64,000 nt of DNA from Eledone cirrhosa (taxonomy: Eukaryota). Position 1 is the stretch's first letter; each line of letters begins with the position of its first letter. Below the pieces are notes generated by a model. The model was not told the origin of the DNA. It ran no database searches and saw only the letters and a program-made list of their open reading frames with translations. Location of the stretch: the NCBI GenBank assembly GCA_964016885.1, contig OZ024741.1, positions 117,056,001 to 117,120,000 of the forward strand, given 5' to 3'. The position numbers were made by a program, and so were the translations under genes. Positions 1 through 12,059 of this stretch are shown piece after piece.

Positions 1-66
1 TATATATATATGAATATTTATATCAATAATATTAATAAATGGGAACTATCATTATAAAACCATATT

Positions 67-127
67 TATTTTATTATATATATTTCAAGGGTACCAAAAT
101 GTTGGTACGCTCTCATCAGATAAAATA
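67..127 (-). ncRNA. Type I hammerhead ribozyme (family A)
   Basis: Minus strand reads tattttat CTGATGA gagcgtaccaa-catt-ttggtaccctt GAAA tatata TA ataaaata: 8-bp helix I, helix II and a palindromic helix III. Confidence 0.8.
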
Positions 128-550
128 CAAAAGTTGTTTTACAGATAGTGACATATTCAAACTAGAACTTAACGTTTTGGGTTCTGTTTGAATAGTGAAG
201 AAGAACTTCAAATCACAAGATGAATATGCTAATGGGAATAACGTTAAAATTGAAAAAGATCGTTAGGTTTCGACGCTAGGTAAATTTAAATAATTATTAG
301 GATTATTTTTTAAAGGAAAAGGAAATAGAGATTATTATTAGGGTGGAAGGAAATTTAAGGAAAGATTTTAAGAAAAAAAAGATATTAAAGTTAAAAATAG
401 ACTATTAATATGGTTTTATAAAGATAGTTTCCATTTATTAATATTATTGATATTATATTCCAGAAGAAATATGTTGAGTGCTTTTAATCTGTTATAAACT
501 AAATTTGTTGAATAATCAACACATTAAATAACTCATTGCTTATGAATATT

Positions 551-621
<71 letters not shown>

Positions 622-757
622 ATATGTTTATGTATATATATATATAGTTTGGTATATTATGTATTAGATATTCAACCGACACTAGTCTACGTAGGATAGA
701 GTACTCGGCGAACTCCGGAGTATTAGTATAACAACGATGAAGTAGCAGTCAGTATTT

Positions 758-1356
758 AGCGTTTCCATCAGATGTGTCTCAGGCGGATCCATGGCGTTCA
801 CTGGAGGGACCACATCAGTGATGTCGAGATTTTAGAAAGCTCTATGTGTGACAGTATAGAAACTCTTGTGCTTAAGCAACGACTCCGTTGGAATGGTCAC
901 CTTGCCAGGATGAAGGATTCTAGAATACCAAAACAACTCTTTTATGGAGAGTTAGTTAAAGGAAAACGACCGCCACATAAACCAAAAAAGAGGTATAAGG
1001 ATTCCTTGAAAGCATCTTTGAAAGACGCTAACATCTCTGCTGATACATGGGAAAATATTGCTGCTGATCGTAATAAATAGAGAAAGACTGTATATGAGGG
1101 AAAAGTTGCCTTTTAGGCATCTCGAATCGCATACGAGGAAGTAAAGTGGGATGTGAGGAAGGGCATTGCTGTTGCACTTCCAGACGGCGAGGGTCCTCCT
1201 ATGGTGCTGACATGCAGCGTCTGTGCGAGACTCTGCCTAAGAAAAGCTGGACTCGAAAGTCATCTTCGCAGTCATAAAGTAAGACCAGTGGTTGACTACC
1301 AGGCTGCTGTTGGAGATGCTACTCATCATGCTTGCTAAACATAAAAACATAAAAAC
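758..1356 (+). mobile_element. RTE-clade LINE 3' fragment
   Basis: RFHQMCLRRI..HWRDHISD.EIL..QRLRWNGHLARMKDSRIPKQLFYGEL..GKR...PKKRYKDSLK, followed by a C2H2 finger CSVC..LESHLRSH. In-frame stops present. Confidence 0.85.
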
Positions 1357-2008
1357 AGGTAGAATTCCCAAAACTAATCAGATCAGAGCAAACAGCACGG
1401 ACACTCTATCTCAAAATAATTTTTGAAAAGCATTTAGAAATGCGCAACCGGTAAAAACTTAAAAACTTAAAACCACAACTGAATACTAACTCATACAATC
1501 ACTAATACTCTTTTATTCCTAATTAAACTATTTTTCAACTGTGAACAATTTGTCAGCATTTTCTATTCCGTTTACCAATATATAATAACTTGTGTGTTAC
1601 ACCTCTATTCTTTTAACTATATATATATATATATATATATATACAGTATATATATATAATATACAAATATTCATATATATACATACATATATATATATAT
1701 AGTAATAATAATAAATTTGAAGACTAAAATCCAAAGAGGGCTCGATAAGGATAAATATATATCAGATATATAAGAACCGTAGAGCAAATATTTATTAAAA
1801 TAACAGATTAAAGTTTAAGCAAAGAATCGCTGCTTTCACCCTTAACGGGATCTTCTGAAACTAAAAAAGTCAATCTGTGAACGCAGAAGTAAATATTTCA
1901 AAAAACGTTGCAACCGAAAGAAGAGAGGAAGACGATACTTTGGTTCGTGGAAACGTTCCCTGGCAAAGAACGGAAAAAAACTAAGATAATACGTCATTAT
2001 TTGGTGCA

Positions 2009-2113
2009 AATCCCGTCGAGGTTAACTTTGCTTTTCATCCTTACGGGGTCGATAAAATAAAGTACCAGTAATGTACTGGATAATTGCTGGCCTTGTGCCA
2101 AAAAGTAGAAACA
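2009..2113 (+). mobile_element. 5'-truncated tRNA-derived SINE (family S1) with 13-bp TSD
   Basis: Body gaggttaactttgc.tttcatccttacggggtcgataaaataaagtaccag. TSD ATTATTTGGTGCA at 1996-2008 and 2114-2126. Confidence 0.85.
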
Positions 2114-2370
2114 ATTATTTGGTGCAGTGAAAACAATTACACGCGAAGACAAAACGACGTTTGTGGTTACGACTTCATTTATACCACAAACGTGGTTTTG
2201 TCTTCGCGTGTAATTGTTTTCACTGCACCAAATAATGACGTATTATCTTCGATTTTTTTTCGTTCTTTGTGAGGGAACGTTTCCACGAACCAAAGTATCG
2301 TCTTCCTGTCTTCCTTCGGTTGCAACGTTTTTTAAAATATTTACTTCTGCGTTCACAGATTGACTTTTTT

Positions 2371-2421
2371 AGTTTCAGAAGATCCCGTTAAGGGTGAAAG
2401 CAGCGATTCTTTGCTTAAACT
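2371..2421 (+). ncRNA. Hammerhead-like fold with CAGAAGA core variant (mirror copy 1812-1862 minus; third copy 49586-49636 minus)
   Basis: agttt CAGAAGA tccc-gttaa-gggt GAAA gca-gcgattctt-tgc TT aaact. Helices I, II and III all pair. Confidence 0.55.
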
Positions 2422-2432
2422 TTAATCTTTTA

Positions 2433-2523
<91 letters not shown>

Positions 2524-2530
2524 GAATATT

Positions 2531-2634
<104 letters not shown>

Positions 2635-2792
2635 ATACTTTGGGAGGGTCATGTTGCCAATAAGAAACACACGCACCAGTTGCTTTCACTTCAATTTATT
2701 ATATATTTATAAATTTATAAATTTACAAATCTACAAACTTATAAATTTCTGGTTGGTTGGTTGGTTCCACAACCAGATAGTTGTTTATATAT

Positions 2793-2837
2793 AGTCATAG
2801 TCCTTTCGTCACACACTCTGTGACCTCTTCAGTGACT
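2793..2837 (-). ncRNA. Type I hammerhead ribozyme
   Basis: agtca CTGAAGA g gtcaca-gagtg-tgtgac GAAA ggac TA tgact. Confidence 0.8.
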
Positions 2838-2958
2838 GGGGATTCCTTTCTTTGTTTCTGTGCCTTTCCTTTCTTCTGTCCTACGCCATTCTAATAAATA
2901 TTGCCAGTACACGTAATGAAAGTGTGTATACGTTGTTTTGAGATACCTTGTATATGTA

Positions 2959-3051
<93 letters not shown>

Positions 3052-3055
<4 letters not shown>

Positions 3056-4084
3056 CACGATACATTAACGGAGCCATAGACTTTCGCCGTTCCCTGTAAA
3101 TAATGTGCTCAAAGTAGAGGAAATCTTGGGCACTTTAAAATACAATATGTTGAAAAGGTAACACACTAGAGAGAGATACAGTGCGCCATCAATAAAACAG
3201 GGAAAAACCACCAGTGTATGGAATCTATAACCTATGGAAGGCAGAATATAGACACGATAATTAAAAATAATTAAAGCGTAAATAAATACCTCTATAACTA
3301 TATAACACACGTACAAATCCGAAGTGATCTGTTTCGCCAGTAAGTTGTTGACGGAAATGAAATAATCCAGGTTCATCAGCGTGTATTAGGCTATACATTT
3401 CAGACAACACTAAGAGAATTTTTAAAGCGACCGTCCAACTACACGTGGGAGAGAGAAGTCACGGTGTGTTTAAGGGCAGTGAACCAGTGGCCTCTGAGGG
3501 ACGAGCTGCTAGAAAGGGCAGCCCAAAACCACTCAGAGAAGTGTGCTCAACCAAACAGAGAAAGAGGAGAAAGACTGTTATAAGGAGCGAAATATCACGA
3601 TACATTAACGGAGCCATAGACTCTCGCCGTTCCCTGTAAATAATGTGCTCAAAGGAAAGGAAATCCTGGTCACTTTAAAATACAATCTGTTGAAAAGGTA
3701 ACACACTAGAGAGAGATACAGTGCGCCAGCAATTCTATAGGTTATAGATTCCATACACTGGTGGTTTTTCCCTGTTTTATTGATTGCGCACTGTATCTCT
3801 CTCTAGTGTGTTACCTTTTCAACAGATTGTATTTTAAAGTGCCCAGGATTTCCCCTCCTTTGAGCACATTATTTACAGGGAACGGCGAGAGTCTATGGCT
3901 CCGTTAATGTATCGTGATATTTCGCTCCTTAAAGGTATTTATTTACGCTTTAATTTATATTTTTAATTATCGTGTCTATATTCTGCCTTTCATAGCTTAT
4001 AGATTCCATACACTGGTGGTTTTTCCCTGTTTTATTGATGGCGCACTGTATCTCTCTCTAGTGTGTTACCTTTTCAACATATTG

Positions 4085-4089
<5 letters not shown>
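3052..4089. mobile_element. Rearranged mini-element with direct and inverted partial copies
   Basis: 3052-3190 repeats directly at ~3592-3730 and inverted at ~3736-3925. ~3136-3290 is inverted at ~3933-4089. (TA)n flanks both sides. Confidence 0.75.
3307..3384 (-). ncRNA. Type I hammerhead ribozyme with full helix III
   Basis: acacg CTGATGA [37-nt helix II region] GAAA cagatc-acttcg-gatttg TA cgtgt, giving a GUA cleavage triplet. Confidence 0.75.
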
Positions 4090-4140
<51 letters not shown>

Positions 4141-4297
4141 CATACATACATATATATAAATATATATATTAGAAAGTGAGGTTTTTTTTACAAAATGAAA
4201 AAATACGAGATGTCCTACACGAGTGAAAGCATAAGGAAAAAAGATGAAATCGAAAATGCAGCTGGAGTCTTTTTAAAAAATATATATATTTATTTGG

Positions 4298-4341
4298 TTC
4301 CTTTACCGGTTTCGCAGTTCTTCTGCTTTTCAAAAGTAGAA
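4298..4341 (-). ncRNA. Hammerhead variant with U3-A8 core (TTGAAAA); second copy 20080-20123
   Basis: ttctactt TTGAAAA gcag-aagaa-ctgc GAAA ccgg TA aaggaa. Palindromic helix III (ACCGGT). The motif is identical in both copies. Confidence 0.65.
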
Positions 4342-4371
4342 TTGAGGTGGAGGGTTTTTGGTTTTTCTCGC

Positions 4372-4441
<70 letters not shown>

Positions 4442-4656
4442 CGAAGGAATTGTGGTAAGGAACCAGATGGACCATAACGCACCAGAGTACTCAATACTTA
4501 GGATAGTAGAGTGGGTACTTGAGCTCTGCCGTTGGGGGTCATACTTTTTCCTATATATATATATATATAGTAATAATAATAAATTTGAAGACTAAAATCC
4601 AAAGAGGGCTCGATAAGGATAAATATATATCAAATATATAAGAACCGTAGAGCAAA

Positions 4657-4714
<58 letters not shown>

Positions 4715-5253
4715 TTATGTACATGTAGAAAATATCGATAGGTGTGAAAAAGTAAAAAGGAAAACAGTGCTCAATAAGAGCTGATATATTATATTATCTA
4801 TTCATGTTCATATACGGAACAAAAGTGCTACCTATTATTTCAAGGCCCAATATGGAGCATATCTCCAGTTTGTAAGAGAGATCAAAATTGCGTCCTAATC
4901 TCCAGGCTTAGACGAATTATAATTATAGCGCGTTAAAACGCTAATTTACGAAAAGTTATTATAACAAAGGGAAATAACTCAAATATGTAAATTTGTAATA
5001 TCAAAGCTATGTGTTATTATTCGTGCATTATAGCAGATGTATGGTATCATGTGGTGGTATGTAATATAGGGATGGTAATATTTATTAAGGAAAGGTGTAG
5101 AATAGTATAGCAGGTGTACAGCATTATGTATATGTGAAAAAAAGAAAGAGAAAAGAAAAAGATATTTAGAGAGTATATAAATCAAATTAAGGTGGCTGAA
5201 CATCAGTTTGAATTTGAATAGGGGTAAAATATTAGTGTTGTTTAGCCTCAGAT

Positions 5254-5291
<38 letters not shown>

Positions 5292-5765
5292 CGTTATTCC
5301 GGGTTGAATCGGGGGTAACCACAGTAAGTAAAGTACTCAATACATTGCAGAGTATAAAAGTTTTAAAATTATAAAAGTTATATATATATATATAGATAAA
5401 ATGAGATTTCTTAATTCAATTCCCTAATGCATATACCAGCAGGCTACCAGCATTGTTGTTATTTAGTAGCAGTGAAAATCTCCCTCTTCCTTAATTGACA
5501 CTTTATATCTATTAATACTACTACACCAAACGACCAGCCCTGTCCATTGTTCAATTGGTCAAGTATAGATTAAAATAGGCACTCCCCCAAATTCTTATTT
5601 AGATAAAATAAACCATATACTCATTGTATTCTCATTAGAAACCTTTTATATACTTGTTTACCAGTAAATTGAATTGCCATCTGTCATATACTATCCCCTC
5701 TCTTCTTCCTTTCTTACAACTAATATAAATACTTCAATTTTTCTGATTTTTTCCAATTTATCCAA

Positions 5766-5883
5766 TATCTCCGAAGAAGTGACAACTGATTATACATTTG
5801 CTATCGAATACTTGCTAACATTATATGATTACGCAAGCAGCGATACATAGTTATTCCGTCTGTTACAGAAACATATGTCAATA
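5766..5883 (+). ncRNA. Possible degenerate hammerhead with ~90-nt helix II insertion
   Basis: CCGAAGA a gtgaca....tgttac a GAAA catatg TC, followed by AATAAA. Helix I is weak. Confidence 0.35.
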
Positions 5884-6040
5884 CCTAATAAATTCCTTTA
5901 TAAAAGCACTTTCATTTTATATTCATCTTTTCTACATTTTCTCCGGAATATAATTTATACTTGTTGAGCAAACCTACACGTACGCTGTTCATCTCTAACG
6001 TGACGATATATTATCACTACATTATTGATAACCTGAAATG

Positions 6041-6084
<44 letters not shown>

Positions 6085-6087
<3 letters not shown>

Positions 6088-6402
6088 GGTTTGAGGTTCA
6101 CCACTGTATAGAGCTGGTCTATTCCGTATGGTCAATCGTAATGCAATAATATAGAGAGTACTCAACGTAAAGCAGTTCAACCGTCTTTGTTTTTGTAGTT
6201 GGTGGTGCTATTACGGAGTTAAATATTATAATGAAATGACAGGAGGCTGGATTTGTGTAAATCCTTGAAAGGTTTATTATACTATGATCATTTCAATGAC
6301 CGGGTTCCGGATTCATACGGAACCCGGTCATTGAAATGATCATAGTATAATAAACCTTTCAAGGATTTACACAAATCCAACCTCCTGTCATTTCATTATA
6401 AT
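6085..6402. mobile_element. Palindromic mini-element (85-bp arms 6225-6309 / 6318-6402)
   Basis: Near-perfect inverted repeat centred on TTTC-hairpin-GAAA TGATCA TA. GAGTACTCAA motif at ~6156. Confidence 0.75.
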
Positions 6403-6406
6403 TATA

Positions 6407-6458
<52 letters not shown>

Positions 6459-6586
6459 AAAGTTTTATTTAAAATTGTTGGGTTACAACAAGTAAATATT
6501 TTATACCTGATATAAAGCACTCTTACATGAAAGTTGATCAATATTTATGGTACGTCAAAATTATTTATAAAACTGCTTATATATTG

Positions 6587-6652
6587 TATTTTATCTGAAG
6601 AAGGCATGCCATATTTTTAATATGGTATCCCCGAAATATGTATAATGAAATA
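6587..6652 (+). ncRNA. Type I hammerhead ribozyme (family A)
   Basis: tattttat CTGAAGA aggcatgccatatt-ttt-aatatggtatcccc GAAA tatgta TA atgaaata. Helix II sequence differs from the 67-127 copy but still pairs. Confidence 0.8.
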
Positions 6653-6799
6653 AATATGGTTTTATAAATATAGTTTCCATTTGTTTAATATCGTATATAT
6701 ATATATATATATTTAAACACATACATACATATATATATTAATATATATATACATATATATATATATTATATGTATATATGTATATATATGTATATATCT

Positions 6800-7736
<937 letters not shown>

Positions 7737-7919
7737 TTAATATAATCTTCTATACACAATCATACACACCCGTGTATATTTATCTATCTATCTATCACTG
7801 TCTCTCACTCTCTCTATATATATATAAATATCTAATCGCATATCTAATTTTTCTGACCATTTTAAAGTGCAATAAGCTAAACTAATCACTGCACTTAAAT
7901 TGTCCAAATTTGGCCCCCC

Positions 7920-7975
<56 letters not shown>

Positions 7976-8201
7976 AATGAGTGAAAGACTTAGTTGATAT
8001 GTAATCAACTGACTTATGTTTATAACAGATACGAAGCACTCAACAGTTATATAATTTATCTGGAGTATTATGATAATAATAGTAATAAACGAAAGACGAA
8101 AGATATAACTTTATATCATCACTATTTATTTTATCATATATATTTCGGGGAAGCAAAAATTTATGTTTAACATAAATCAGAGCATATATATATATATATA
8201 T

Positions 8202-8392
8202 GCATTCATTGATTATGGCTATTGGCGAGCTTTGTTACTCTAAAGTCTCACCTGCGCACTCACAGGATCACCAGTCAGGTCTGGTGAGTACGCAGGTGAG
8301 ACTCAAGTGTAACAAGGCTTAGCCATAATAAATGAATATTTAAATTATACTTCCGTATTGAGTATTCATTCTTACGTCTGTCAATAATTCAC
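8202..8392. repeat. Imperfect palindromic mini-element
   Basis: attcatt..ttatggcta..ttgttac..agtctcacctgcgcactcac mirrors gtgagtacgcaggtgagact..gtaacaa..tagccataa..aatgaat. TTGAGTATT follows. Confidence 0.6.
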
Positions 8393-8395
8393 GTA

Positions 8396-8727
8396 CTCTC
8401 AGGTCTTGAATAATTGTCCCCATCCCCCGCATATTAATTTATCAGACCCCCCCCCCCCCCCGTTTTTAATCTGCCTCACCCTCACCCGCTTATTAAATTT
8501 TGTTAATCTATCATCGGCGAAATTTTATTGTAAGTGATTCATATTGATACAGCAGCTGCGGAAAATCTAATAATTATTTTATTTTACTTTAAAAAAACAT
8601 TATATATGACAAAAAAAGACCATTACAAGAAATCGAAAATTTACGAACGCACACTATAAAATTACTGACTTCCCAAGCCCCCCCCCCCTATTATTTCCAC
8701 CCCCTCCTATTATTTGGGACCCAAGAG
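8396..8727. mobile_element. Decayed Tc1/pogo-like MITE
   Basis: TA|CTCTCAGGTCTTGAATAAT ... ATTATTTGGGACCCAAGAG|TG imperfect TIRs. Confidence 0.45.
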
Positions 8728-9036
8728 TGCCACCAAACTCTCCCCCTCTCTATATCTATCACACAAAACTCTCCTTTAATCCCCCTCGCTCTATTTACTA
8801 AAACCAAACTCTACCCCTCTCTATATCTACTACACGGCACTCTCCCTACCTTCCTCTCTATATCAATTACCACTAAACTCTCCCCCTCTCTATATCTATA
8901 TATATATATCCTATCTGTCTCTACATAACATGTACATAAATTGTAGCGCATATAAAAATAGATGTGTGCTTGGTAGTTTGGGGAGAAAAATAAAATTATT
9001 GGGGGGGTGACGCATGTTTCAGTTCCACCACCCTTG

Positions 9037-9125
<89 letters not shown>

Positions 9126-9269
9126 GTGGTAGAGCACTGGTGGGTTATGTCCGCAGTAGTAGAACACTCAGTCAATGGGACGAGTTTGGAAGAAGTAGTT
9201 CCTCAACAGTTAGTTCACCATACCGAGAACAATTGTTTAACCTTATTCGGATCCTCAGCCACGATAGCC

Positions 9270-9501
9270 TGAGCTCTTCAGACGGCAAAACCTAAAATAA
9301 ACATTGAAAGTTCCTAAGAAACCTTTGAATTTGAAAAAATCCAATAGTTTCCCGAAAAAGAAACAACACCACGCGTTCGGCCGGCCCCCTGTATCATGAA
9401 AGGAAAATCTTTTTCGGGGAAATTATTGGATTTTTCCAAATTTAAAGGTTTCTTAGGAACTTTCAATGTTTATTTTAGATTTTGTAGTCTGAAGAGCTCA
9501 G
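9270..9501. repeat. Inverted repeat (~90-bp arms) of a hammerhead mini-element
   Basis: tgagctcttcagac...cccgaaaaaga (9271-9361) mirrors tctttttcgggg...gtctgaagagctca (9408-9500). Confidence 0.7.
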
Positions 9502-9543
9502 ACTATTATAACTGATAGTCCTTAGGGAAATATGTATAACGGA
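9486..9543 (+). ncRNA. Type I hammerhead ribozyme (same family as 49794-49851)
   Basis: gt CTGAAGA gctca gactatt-ataact-gatagtc cttagg GAAA tatgta TA acgg. Confidence 0.65.
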
Positions 9544-9889
9544 GTTTTAAATAAACCTGAATCAACCGAATATGATGTCCGATCTTTTATTGATATATAA
9601 TGCTCCGACTTGCACCATTTATACAGGTCGTTGAGCGCTTCGTTTTACCTGCTTCACAACCGACAGACCATAATGTGGTCCGCACATCTCTGTTCGGTTA
9701 TCCCCATACTCTCTCTCTCCCCCTCATTCTCTCTCTCTCTCTCTCTGTTTATATATATATGAAAAGATTCAGGACCCCGATGGATGAGCTCCGGTCCTGA
9801 ATCTTTCATATTACCCACTTTACTACCCCAAGTATCGAGTATTCTGGTGCGTTATGGTCCACCTGGTATCTTACCACACCCTCTTTGCT

Positions 9890-9972
<83 letters not shown>

Positions 9973-10068
9973 TTTACATATATATATACATATATATACA
10001 TATACGTGTTTTGCAACTGGTCACTTTGTGGCTCAATGAAAAATTAATAAATTAAATAATCAGAGCTA

Positions 10069-10295
10069 TATATCATAAAACTATAGAATCACAAGATAAA
10101 ATATATACCATTTCCTCTCCCAATTAGCATAATTAACTATATAAAAATCGAATAGACCAGGTTATTTGTCGGAGATTTCTTCATAGAAGCCTCATTCTTA
10201 TAGCCTGGTCTATTCGAATTTTTATATAGTTAATTATGCTAATTGGGAGAGGAAATAGTATATATTTTATCTTGTGATTCTATAGACATGTTTTA

Positions 10296-10300
<5 letters not shown>
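10069..10300. repeat. Inverted repeat (~95-bp arms) abutting (TA)n
   Basis: atatcataaaac..gaatagaccagg mirrors cctggtctattc..gttttatgatat. Confidence 0.75.
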
Positions 10301-10341
<41 letters not shown>

Positions 10342-10399
10342 TTTAAAAAAGTAAACAGAGAACAAAAAACAGAAAAACGAAGAGGCAGTACAAATATTA

Positions 10400-10497
10400 T
10401 TTTGCCTTTCATCCTTACGGGGTCGATAAAATAAAGTACCAGTAATACACTGATAATTGTTGGCCTTGTGCCAAAAGTAGAAACAATTATTATTAGT
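10400..10497 (+). mobile_element. Truncated SINE S1 inserted in the Penelope-like terminus
   Basis: Same body as 2009-2113, with an (ATT)n tail. Confidence 0.8.
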
Positions 10498-10525
10498 TTC
10501 ACACTTGAGAGTGGCGGGTGGGAAA

Positions 10526-10556
10526 CGACGTTTCGCGCATAAACCCTTCATCAGGA
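10526..10556 (-). ncRNA. Hammerhead core in the Penelope-like element terminus (helix I degenerate)
   Basis: c CTGATGA agggtttatgcgc GAAA cg TC g, located at the 3' end of the RT/GIY-YIG element. Confidence 0.6.
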
Positions 10557-12059
10557 GAAAAGTAGGTAGGAAGACAATTTCGTGTGTGGAGGAGTGGTGG
10601 AAAGACATTTTAAAAAAAGGGGGTGAGGGAGAAAAGGGAGAAAAACATTTTTTTAAGAGAGTAAAAAAAAAATTGTTTAAATAAAAATAAAAATAAAAAT
10701 AAACAAGTGGTGAAAGGGTGTGAGGCGTGTAGGGGTGGGGTGGGTGGAGGGGTGGAGAGGGGAGAGGGAGGCGGGAGGTCCGAGCGGGGAGGGCGGAAGG
10801 TGGTGTTTGTGTATGTGTGTAGGTGTACGCGTGTGCGTGCGTGTATGTGAATGTGAGAGTTGGGGGAAGAACGAGGTTCCATGTTCAGGTAAAAGGGAAA
10901 CCGGTGTGTACATGGGGTGGGGTGTAAGTCGATGTGTGCGTACGTGTGGATGGAGAGGAGTCAGAGGGGTGGGGGAGTGGGGCCGTGTGGAGTCCGGAGG
11001 CTGTGTGTGTGTATGTGGGGATACGTGTGTATGTGAGGATACGCACGTGTGTGTTTATATGTGGTGTGGATGTAGGTGGCGTGGTTCGAAATAATGTGTT
11101 TGTTGGTGTGTATGTTCCTAAGGTATTTCCATGGAGTGTGAGACCAGATGTTGGAGATTCCACGTGTCGTAGGATGGATAGCTGGAACGATGACCTGTGG
11201 TGTATAATCCTGGTGTGGTAGTGAGGAAGTGGAGAGATGTGGGGTGCGCGCGCAACAGGAAGTGGTCAGAGGGTCAAGGAAAGTGAAGAGATAGCAGTAG
11301 AGGACGATGACAGGTAAAGAAAGGGTCTGTATGTGGTGTGGACTGTGTGTCTGTGTGTGCGGAGGTGCGGTGTACAGGGGAGAGGATGGGTAGGTGTGAA
11401 AGGTGGCGGGACAAGCAGGTGGTGTGGGGTGTTGGTGTGTATATTAGTGGGATGTGTGTGTGAGGGGGTGAAGGTGGGTCGGGGAGAGAGAAAGGGAGAT
11501 AAAAATGTTGGGGACGGAGGAGGGAGTATAGTGTACTGGAGTGTGTGTGCGTGTTTGGATATGAGTGTGTGTGTGTGGTAGAAAGGGTGTAGTATTTCTC
11601 GTGGTGGGTAAGAGGTTGAATGCGGGTGTGTGAGTGGGGGTTAGTGGTGGTTGAGTGTGTATGGAGTGGGTAGTGTATCGGTGTGTACGTTGGTGTGGGT
11701 GTGTGTGTGTGTGTGATGGTGTGTGTTCGTGTGTGTGAGGGGGAAGATGGGTTGGGGGGATGTTAGTAATATTAGTTGTGGGGTGGTCAGATGTGGTTGT
11801 GTGGGTGGGGGTTAGTGGTGGTAGGGTGTGTAGATAGTGTGAGTGCGTGTATATATGTACAGGTGGGTGTGTGCGTCTGGGGTGTGTGGGTGCGCGGGTG
11901 CTAGGGGAAGGGTGAGGAAGTTAGTATTGTTAGTTGGGGGAGGGCCGGGGAGGTGTTAGTATTATTAGTTGTGGGGTAGGCCAACGGGGTGGAGGATGTG
12001 AAACTGAGGAGTGTGTTAGTGGAGGATGTGTGTGTATGGGGGGGGGGTCTTCGATCAAA

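Larger units (their letters stand above)
1701..2436. mobile_element. Palindromic hammerhead mini-element between (TA)n tracts, interrupted by a SINE
   Basis: Arms 1805-2008 plus 2127-2168 mirror 2183-2427. Parts recur at 4568-4657 and 49566-49740. Confidence 0.75.
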
